Virus record (IMG/VR): IMGVR_UViG_3300024239_000016
Span: 113,678-177,677 of that record
Source of the DNA: a virus
Strand: one strand, 5' to 3'
Length of the DNA stretch: 64,000 nucleotides
Under the pieces are notes generated by a model. The model did not search any database and was not told the DNA's origin. It saw only the letters and a program-made list of their open reading frames with translations. Of the stretch, positions 56,896-64,000 are shown in pieces. Position 1 is the stretch's first letter. Each line of letters starts with the position of its first letter. The translations under genes and the position numbers were made by a program.

Positions 56896-57972
56896 ATGAT
56901 TGAGACTCCTGATAGCGTTAAGGCAGAAGCACATCTGTCTGGGAAAGGAGCGCATCAGAAAAGAGAGTTGTATGAATTTGGCTATCATCTGTCATCTACA
57001 AACACTCGTCCGTTTTCAACTCTTCACATTCGGAATTATACCGGTCATCCTGTATTAGTTACTGATAGAACAAACATCCCGTCAATCATTCCTGCTGAAA
57101 AGAGCATGAATGGCGAGAGTGGTATAATTTTAGATTTCAATCGAGAAGTGACCAATCTCGATTATGAAATGTTGGTGAAATTACCCGACCTAAAGCATCT
57201 CGATCCCGAGTTAGCTAAAGCTATCCACCAATTCAAACACGTAATAGGTGATAGATTTCCTGGAATGAAGTTACTTACCAGGAGATATATTCTACCTTCG
57301 CTTTCAGCAAAAACACTAAAAGCTGGTTACTTTCATCATGAGAGCGATCTGCTATTCAGTGACTCATCTATAGATCCTAATAACTTTCCGCTACATCCGC
57401 GGTCTGAAGTAGGATTACTGTGCTACGCAAGAGATTGGACTGATGCCATTGGTGCAATCGAAAAAGGAAACCACACGCTATTGGTGGCATATGTCTCTAA
57501 TCCAAAGCTGGAAAAGATGTACAGAGCTACACCAAATGGCATACAGGTTTTACAGACTTGGTATCGACCGGAAATTCCGAGCTGTATTATATTGCGTCAG
57601 CCAAAAATTTACGATGAGCGAAATTTAGATGCTCCTCCTGATCACTTTGAGATGGCAGAACCAGAGAGTTTTTCGCTGAGTGAAGCCTCTACTTCTTTGA
57701 ATATTTTTACTAATTTTGAAGAAGCTAAAGTGGCGGCGTTCAAATTGCGCAATCCTGAGATTGTTAGCGATACGTTCAAAACACAAGCTGATCTGGCAAA
57801 AGAGCAAATTCGTGCGGTAGCTACCTCCCAAGAGTTGAGTAGCATGGAAGATAAATATCGTTACGAAAAGCGTCTAGCTACAAATAAAGGGGCTACTGAA
57901 GTCATCAAGACCGTTGGTTTGATTGGTGCTGGTATTGGTGCTTTAGTTGGTTTGTACAAACTCATCCGGTAG
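56896..57972 (+). CDS. Conserved core protein (phiKZ gp122 position) with C-terminal coiled coil and transmembrane-like tail
   Basis: NYTGHPVLVTDR motif; ends VIKTVGLIGAGIGALVGLYKLIR. Confidence 0.65.
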   Translation: MIETPDSVKAEAHLSGKGAHQKRELYEFGYHLSSTNTRPFSTLHIRNYTGHPVLVTDRTNIPSIIPAEKSMNGESGIILDFNREVTNLDYEMLVKLPDLKHLDPELAKAIHQFKHVIGDRFPGMKLLTRRYILPSLSAKTLKAGYFHHESDLLFSDSSIDPNNFPLHPRSEVGLLCYARDWTDAIGAIEKGNHTLLVAYVSNPKLEKMYRATPNGIQVLQTWYRPEIPSCIILRQPKIYDERNLDAPPDHFEMAEPESFSLSEASTSLNIFTNFEEAKVAAFKLRNPEIVSDTFKTQADLAKEQIRAVATSQELSSMEDKYRYEKRLATNKGATEVIKTVGLIGAGIGALVGLYKLIR

Positions 57973-57978
57973 AGGCAG

Positions 57979-59586
57979 ATGGATAAATCTCTAGTAGAGC
58001 TAGCTAAGCAATGTACTCCTCCGTTCAACAAGAAAATTGTGGACGGGTGGGTACAAAGCGAAATTGACAATTGCCTGGCGGAAGTCGATATGTATTGGCG
58101 GATGGCTATCGATAGCCTTAATATCCCGTTAGCGTATCACGGCTACAAAGTATGTAATTTCAAAGAAGAATACGAACGCAGGACACGGCGAATTAACAAC
58201 CAGTTTCGGTTTGATATCAGCCGCAGCAATCTGTTCATGGTCAAGTACTTCCTGTCTTACAATGGGGAGAAACTACCAGATGTATATTTAAATCTGCCAT
58301 TCACTGAACCAGGTGGTATCTATCGCTCAAGCAGCAGTCAGTATCAGGTAACCCCTGTTATTGGCGATAAGGTTTTCTCGCCTGGGGAAAATGAAATCTT
58401 CATGGCTATTGGCAGGGCCAAAGTCAAGTTCCGTAAGGTTAATCACCCGATCATTGTTGATGGTCAAGGAGATTCCGCACAAGTAATCTGGAGTAAGCTT
58501 TACAATACAAAAACAGGCAGCAGGGCTACAATGAAAGTTTTACCGACATTGGCTCACTATTTGTTCTGTAAATTTGGCGTAAAAGAAACATTTAAACGCT
58601 ACGCTGGCGCTGATGTTGTTGTAGGAACCGCCGGCACAATCACACGCCATCAGTACCCTGTGGAAGAATGGGTAATCTGTGAAAGTACTCGCATCCCAAT
58701 TATGCGAGTAGGTCGTAGTAAGCAGTTTGCGCAAACTAAACCATGCAATATCATGTTTGCCATACCGCGGGCTCAGTTTACTCAGACGGTCAAATCAATT
58801 CTTGGTGGGTTCTATTACGTAGCCGACCACTTCCCTGAGCATCTCGATGCGCAGTGGGTTGATCAGACTACCAAATGGCTTATCCTCATTGGGTTAATTA
58901 ACAAACCTGGTGATGTAAGCTACGGAATCCTACAAGCCAATATGGCTAGTCACTTAGCCTCGTTGGAAGAATACGTGGACATCATGATCAAGAAAGACTT
59001 GGAAGTCCTTGGCATTCAGGCTGATGATTTCTTTGACATCCTTGGTTTGATGATTCGCGAGTTTAGCACCTGGGTGCGTAAAGCTGAAAGCACAATCAAT
59101 TCCATGTATGGAAAAGAGCTATCGGCGATGCGTAACATGTTGTATCCGATCAAAAGTAGCATCAACAAAATGGCGTTCCGCTTCCAAGCTGCTGCTGGTA
59201 AAGAGCTAAGGCAAAAAGAAGTAGAGAGCATCATCGCAATGCACATCAAGCCTGGTTGTATCTATCGCTGTACTCGTGAAGGACGTGGTATCACTTCGTT
59301 CCAATTCAGCGGCAGTAACATGGCTTTAAAACTGACTACGTCATTAATGACGCAAGATCAGGTGGGTCGTCAGAAGAAGCAAAGTTCGGTCGCTTCGGAT
59401 GATCCTGGTAAAAAGATCCACGTCTCGGTAGCGGAAGTAGGCGGTGCATTTATCGTCTCTAAAAGCGATCCGAGCGGGAGAAATCGCATCAATCCATGGG
59501 TACGTGTTAGCGAGGGTGGTGTAGTAGAGCAACACCCTGACTTGATTCCGTTAACTGAGCAAGTCCAAGCTATCCTTAAAACATAA
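57979..59586 (+). CDS. Non-virion RNA polymerase beta subunit, N-terminal part (phiKZ gp123-like)
   Basis: 535 aa; YLNLPF..PGG...SSSQYQVTPVIGD and SGRNRINPWV motifs; synteny after the capsid gene. Confidence 0.8.
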   Translation: MDKSLVELAKQCTPPFNKKIVDGWVQSEIDNCLAEVDMYWRMAIDSLNIPLAYHGYKVCNFKEEYERRTRRINNQFRFDISRSNLFMVKYFLSYNGEKLPDVYLNLPFTEPGGIYRSSSSQYQVTPVIGDKVFSPGENEIFMAIGRAKVKFRKVNHPIIVDGQGDSAQVIWSKLYNTKTGSRATMKVLPTLAHYLFCKFGVKETFKRYAGADVVVGTAGTITRHQYPVEEWVICESTRIPIMRVGRSKQFAQTKPCNIMFAIPRAQFTQTVKSILGGFYYVADHFPEHLDAQWVDQTTKWLILIGLINKPGDVSYGILQANMASHLASLEEYVDIMIKKDLEVLGIQADDFFDILGLMIREFSTWVRKAESTINSMYGKELSAMRNMLYPIKSSINKMAFRFQAAAGKELRQKEVESIIAMHIKPGCIYRCTREGRGITSFQFSGSNMALKLTTSLMTQDQVGRQKKQSSVASDDPGKKIHVSVAEVGGAFIVSKSDPSGRNRINPWVRVSEGGVVEQHPDLIPLTEQVQAILKT

Positions 59587-59599
59587 AAAAGGAGTCCAG

Positions 59600-61687
59600 A
59601 TGTTCGGAATGACGATGCAGCAACAATTCAGCCACACTCAGATGGAGCGACCTCCGGTCGTACCACCATATCTGAGCGTTGGTCGTGTGAGCGAGGGCAT
59701 CCCTGGCCATCCGCTTAACGATCTCATCACCGGTCGTCTCTCTGACGACATCACCAGAATGGTCACTACTGTGTGCGCTCAAAATGCACATAAAAACCAT
59801 CTACGTGTGTATATGTGGAATCAGATCAGCAGCGGTGATTTCATCAATCCCTACCTGAAACGATTGGTCGCCATGACGACCGATTGTGTTCTTTTGCGCA
59901 CTGCTTCATTTGGTAACAATGGTGGTTCGTCTGATCAGCTGGTTCACGCAATTCAGGTTTGCGCTAGCCAGTGCTGCGAGATCATGGCGGCGATTAATGC
60001 CGTCGAGCAAAACCCTGTACTGCTGAGTGGGGTGAATCAAAACGACATCATGCGGTTGTATCAACTTGGTACTCAATTGCGCGAGCAAGTGGCCACGCTG
60101 AAACAGAGAATGACAGTTAGTCGCACAATCTCACCAGCCGGTCTTGATTTCAATTCATCGCTGACCGATGGCAATTGGGGGTCTCTCAACACTGGCAACA
60201 ATTTGGCAGCTATCGCTCGCGATATCAGCGGTCATGCGATGACCGGTGGCGATGCTGTCGACGCACTGTCGTTTGGTAATGATTCTTCAACACCAGAAAT
60301 GTTTTCTGGCGGCGTAAGTCACGTGACTGATTTCGATAACAACTTTGGCGTGCTCGAAAGCATGGACGCCATGATAACGGAAGGAAGCAACATGCAGCAA
60401 GATATCAAAAACGTCGTGAGTGATCACTTGCCGTTACCGCCAGCTGATCAAAAGCCGGCAGCGGCTGAACCTGTTGTCGTTTTCAGGAATGAAAACGGCC
60501 ATGATCTGTCACTGATCAGCACCGATCCGGAAATCGTGCGCAAACTCATTACCCACTACGTGCCCGGGCCCAATCGGCAATTCATCGCTGACGTCTATCA
60601 TCCCTCTTTCCAGAAGATTGGGGTTTTCTTCAACCCAAATGACAAGACTCATACCTTGTCGGTATTCGGTGAAAAACAAGTGGAACGTGAAGCGCACTAC
60701 AAGGCCGGCGCGCCTGGTCTGGATATCGGCATCGTCGTGCCGGATGAACTCTTTGTCGCCGCATTTGCTCGCGTCGAAGAAAACGCACATGATGGCGATG
60801 AGTCTGTCGAAAAACTCGAGAGTGTCATTCCGGATGGTGTGAATATCGTTCAGAGCGACTCGTATCGCGCTGCCGATAATCTGGAAGCGGCTCTCAAGTA
60901 CGCTGGACTGGACGCGCTCACCAGCAATGGTGTGTTCGCTACCAAGCAGCACTTCATGATCAACGAAACGCTGTACATGTTGCCCGAGTTCCGTGCGATC
61001 ATCCACCAGGCGATCAGCGATGCTTCTAACGGCGGTATTGGCGATCTCATCAATGTCTTCAAGGCCGCGGTTGATATTCTGTTGCACGCGTCCAAGGCCG
61101 CGACTGGCATCGATAAGGCTCGGCAGATCGCTACTTTCGAATCGCTGAATGTCCTGGAAACGCAACTCACGCAGTCGGTCAATGATGCGCTGCATTTCAA
61201 TCTCGGTATTCCGGCGGAGCAACTCTCCATCACCAGCGTTCTCGATGATTGGTCCGAACTCGTTGGTCTGCTGACCAAAGAATTCCATCCTGTCTTTGTG
61301 GAAACGCTGATCAAATCCGAAGCGGAAATCATCAGTCGGTCGATTGCTATTTTGCGCGATGACGATATCGACGTCGTTGCAGATAGTCGCTTTGTTACGA
61401 GTGCAGCAATTCGCGCAAACAACATTGTGACTGCCGTTCCTGTCCGCGTCACGTCTGTCAGCGTCACTACTGAGCAACTGGATATCGCAGTACTGCCAGG
61501 TATCGGTATGACGATCCAGTCCGATGATGAAAACCTGAAAACTTTCATCAGCAACGTCTACAATGATGAAGTCAATCAAGGTGGTCGTGCGTTCCTGACA
61601 ACACAGAATGGCGATGTGTTCGAGGTACATCGGCCGTGGCTTGCGCCGGCAGAAATTGCCTCTTACGTCATTTCCAAAGTGAAGTAA
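59600..61687 (+). CDS. Large conserved hypothetical protein
   Basis: 695 aa, AAGGAG RBS; central low-complexity linker. Confidence 0.65.
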   Translation: MFGMTMQQQFSHTQMERPPVVPPYLSVGRVSEGIPGHPLNDLITGRLSDDITRMVTTVCAQNAHKNHLRVYMWNQISSGDFINPYLKRLVAMTTDCVLLRTASFGNNGGSSDQLVHAIQVCASQCCEIMAAINAVEQNPVLLSGVNQNDIMRLYQLGTQLREQVATLKQRMTVSRTISPAGLDFNSSLTDGNWGSLNTGNNLAAIARDISGHAMTGGDAVDALSFGNDSSTPEMFSGGVSHVTDFDNNFGVLESMDAMITEGSNMQQDIKNVVSDHLPLPPADQKPAAAEPVVVFRNENGHDLSLISTDPEIVRKLITHYVPGPNRQFIADVYHPSFQKIGVFFNPNDKTHTLSVFGEKQVEREAHYKAGAPGLDIGIVVPDELFVAAFARVEENAHDGDESVEKLESVIPDGVNIVQSDSYRAADNLEAALKYAGLDALTSNGVFATKQHFMINETLYMLPEFRAIIHQAISDASNGGIGDLINVFKAAVDILLHASKAATGIDKARQIATFESLNVLETQLTQSVNDALHFNLGIPAEQLSITSVLDDWSELVGLLTKEFHPVFVETLIKSEAEIISRSIAILRDDDIDVVADSRFVTSAAIRANNIVTAVPVRVTSVSVTTEQLDIAVLPGIGMTIQSDDENLKTFISNVYNDEVNQGGRAFLTTQNGDVFEVHRPWLAPAEIASYVISKVK

Positions 61688-61727
61688 GCGAGTAGTTTTC
61701 ACCTTCTGCAGAGTGTGAAACAAACTG

Positions 61728-61770
61728 ACTACAGCTCCCCTTGCGGGGAGCTGTAGTAGTATTTTTTTTT
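61728..61770. terminator. Intrinsic terminator at convergent junction
   Basis: ACTACAGCTCCCC-TTGC-GGGGAGCTGTAGT plus T run. Confidence 0.85.
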
Positions 61771-61773
61771 ACT

Positions 61774-63999
61774 TTAAGCCGCTGGCGGCTCATCGGTCGG
61801 TTGCTCAGATGCTGGAGCTTCCTTGGTAGTATCTTCGGTGTCAGTTGGCTCTTCAGGTGGCTGAGGCTCACCAGTACCAGCTGCAGGTTCATCTTCCGGA
61901 TTGGTGGTGCTTCCCAGATCGGGCATTTCACCAAAACTATCAGACATACCTTCAGGAGGCGCTGAGCTACCAGTTTCAGAACCGCTGCTGGATGAGCTAC
62001 TTCCATCGGCAATGTCGGTATTCTTAACTAATCGACTTTCAGCAATTTCTTTCGGGTCCTGAATCTTTTCCATTAGCTTAACAAACTCGTTCATCAGCTG
62101 GCGTGCATGACTCATCTGTTCGTCGTAAACTGTGAATTTGTTCGAATCGTCAGTATCAATTCCCAATTCAGAGAGCTCAGGAGCGATACCGTGCTGTGCC
62201 ATGAAACGACGCATCTCTACAGCAAGAATGGATGCGGCTAGCATTTCGGCGCGATCTGCTACATTGACACCAACGAATTCCTCTGTAAGGAAATCCGGAT
62301 TAACGTGGTACTTGAGAGCCTTAGTGATTAGCTCTTCGTAATCGGCCATTGCCTCCAGCTGATTGCGATGGGTTACTGAATTTGGCGCAGGTAGGCTGAC
62401 GGTTAGTCCATCGATGTACTGAGTAACCAACTTAGTAGCCAATTCGCGTTTCACTTGAGGACTGAGGTCTTCGATATTGGTGACCTTGTCCATCTTAATG
62501 TGCTTCATGTTACGCTCAACCATAGCGATCATCGCTCCGCGAAGGCTAGGTGTTGCTTTGATGATTTGGCGAATATGTCCTGTGAGCTGCTCTGCAAATA
62601 TCAACTGATCTTGGAGGATCTGTTTAGCAAACATCACATTGCTGTTAACTGACTGCACAGCAAATTCTGGACTAAGAGCGCTATCGATTAGCTCAGGCGG
62701 TACGCCGAACTTCCAGATAGTTTTCTTCTGATACTTGTCTTCAAGATCGGAAGACGGCAACGTATGGCTGGAGGAATCATACTCCACATCCAGCTGAATA
62801 TCTGGTAGACGCGGATGCTCGGTCCAGGAAAATTCAATACCGGCACCTGCCAGATAGTTCATGATGTCCGATGGCCCTTGCACGCGACTAGGGAAATTCG
62901 CAAACATCTGTCTGGAGCGGATGAACTCCTCGATGATCTTTTCTCTGGTTTCCATCGGATCACCATCGTCTTCGTCAATGGTGCCCTTTACTCTTGTGCG
63001 ACCAATGGAGTTCTTCAACTCGCCTAACAAATTGGCCATCATCAGGGATAGACGCATAGCCAGCATAGGTTTGATCTGCTCAATGAGCGACTCACCCACA
63101 CCATCGCGACGATGCGCAAAAGCAAAATACGTCACGATTTCCTTGGGGAGGAAAAGAATTTCTGTACGCTGTTCTGCAAACCTACGGCCTAGCATAATGC
63201 GCCCAAGGTCGTTCAGGTTACCGATAGATACCTTCTGACTGGACTTACCATTGAATACTCGCATAGCAAAGTCAGCTTCAATCAGCTCACCGTAAACGCG
63301 AGTACAGTAGGACATATGTTGTTGATAGAAGCTACGAGCATCGCCACCCTGAGATGCGTCCGAGTTAATGAGACTGTTAACTCGTGAGATCATCGACGAA
63401 GAGAACGAATCATTCGAGTTTACGCCGCTATTTGACATCTCCCGCAGCTGCTGATCTGTGTAGCGATCGGAGATAAAACTGCCAGTCTCGGGATCAATCA
63501 GAACGATATAAGCCACATGTTTGTCTTCCTCACCTGGAGCAAAGATTGGGAACGTAGCTTCATATGGAAGATCGATCGTCAGTGGCTCGGATACAGAGAC
63601 GCGAGCGGCCTCATCCTGAGTTGGCGCAATAACTAGATTGCGCATTCGCATATCGTGCTTCTTATAGATAATGCTTTCAGCTTGATCGATGTTGACCTTG
63701 CGGAATTCTAAAGATAGCGCTTCTGCCTCTGCCGATAATGTTTCAGTCTCCGGAACTGGATCAATATCTGCTTCTGGGAAAAGAGAATGCTCGGTACTAA
63801 CCTGAGCTAGCCGTTGCCGTAGAATTGGCAACTTAAGCATGTCGGGATTATCATGGAAGAAAACCATGTCATCCTTTATCACATCACCGGTTTTACGTTC
63901 ATAAATGTGAAGTGCGCGATGAGCGCCATCCGCTACGGAATAGCTCTCCAGAGACACATTTGTAGTACCATGGGTAAGGATTCGCAAACTACCGGGGCG
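61774..63999 (-). CDS. Portal protein (phiKZ gp129-like), 5' end beyond the window
   Basis: Frame is open to the window edge; GVGESLIE, IDEDDGDP, WKFGVPPELID motifs; acidic P-rich C-tail; synteny. Confidence 0.7.
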   Translation of the reverse strand, partial: RPGSLRILTHGTTNVSLESYSVADGAHRALHIYERKTGDVIKDDMVFFHDNPDMLKLPILRQRLAQVSTEHSLFPEADIDPVPETETLSAEAEALSLEFRKVNIDQAESIIYKKHDMRMRNLVIAPTQDEAARVSVSEPLTIDLPYEATFPIFAPGEEDKHVAYIVLIDPETGSFISDRYTDQQLREMSNSGVNSNDSFSSSMISRVNSLINSDASQGGDARSFYQQHMSYCTRVYGELIEADFAMRVFNGKSSQKVSIGNLNDLGRIMLGRRFAEQRTEILFLPKEIVTYFAFAHRRDGVGESLIEQIKPMLAMRLSLMMANLLGELKNSIGRTRVKGTIDEDDGDPMETREKIIEEFIRSRQMFANFPSRVQGPSDIMNYLAGAGIEFSWTEHPRLPDIQLDVEYDSSSHTLPSSDLEDKYQKKTIWKFGVPPELIDSALSPEFAVQSVNSNVMFAKQILQDQLIFAEQLTGHIRQIIKATPSLRGAMIAMVERNMKHIKMDKVTNIEDLSPQVKRELATKLVTQYIDGLTVSLPAPNSVTHRNQLEAMADYEELITKALKYHVNPDFLTEEFVGVNVADRAEMLAASILAVEMRRFMAQHGIAPELSELGIDTDDSNKFTVYDEQMSHARQLMNEFVKLMEKIQDPKEIAESRLVKNTDIADGSSSSSSGSETGSSAPPEGMSDSFGEMPDLGSTTNPEDEPAAGTGEPQPPEEPTDTEDTTKEAPASEQPTDEPPAA

Positions 64000-64000
64000 C

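Noticed and set aside
60509-61723. 404-aa and 234-aa minus-strand ORFs
   Set aside because: Antisense to the 695-aa gene in a codon-biased segment; no independent signals
3699-61770. Recurrent GC-rich hairpins as a repeat family or CRISPR/REP array
   Set aside because: Stems differ in sequence, are not regularly spaced and sit at gene ends; ordinary terminators
1-64000. Alternative genetic code (stop-codon recoding seen in some large phages)
   Set aside because: Core genes are full length in code 11, and TAA, TAG and TGA all terminate genes at expected positions

Overview
The window is part of a phiKZ-like (Chimalliviridae-like, probably nucleus-forming) jumbo phage genome in standard genetic code. 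Family calls come from recognising motifs and synteny by eye; no searches were run. The order of core genes follows the phiKZ gp6x-gp129 region. It starts with an SbcD/Mre11-like nuclease, then the chmC-like / nvRNAP sigma-like (gp68) / picA-like (gp69) / gp70-like block. Next come the nvRNAP beta-C and beta'-C subunits, an SF2 helicase, the virion RNAP beta' subunit (gp80-like) and the exonuclease plus motif-A half of a split family-B DNA polymerase. These are followed by inner-head, baseplate and neck genes, a DnaB-like helicase, the major capsid protein, the nvRNAP beta-N subunit and a truncated portal gene. Chimallin itself is not in the window. Regulatory signals are clear: TATATTAC early promoters precede every nvRNAP subunit transcription unit seen here, TATG late-promoter motifs precede virion genes, and about 20 hairpin terminators are present. 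The most unusual content is accessory: an intact oligoribonuclease, a betaproteobacterial-type HDOD protein lacking the HD motif, degenerate Nudix-like and Macro-like folds, and an unannotated 33-aa leader peptide followed by a 26-bp perfect palindrome that buries the next gene's ribosome-binding site. No tRNA, rRNA, CRISPR array, intron or transposase was seen.
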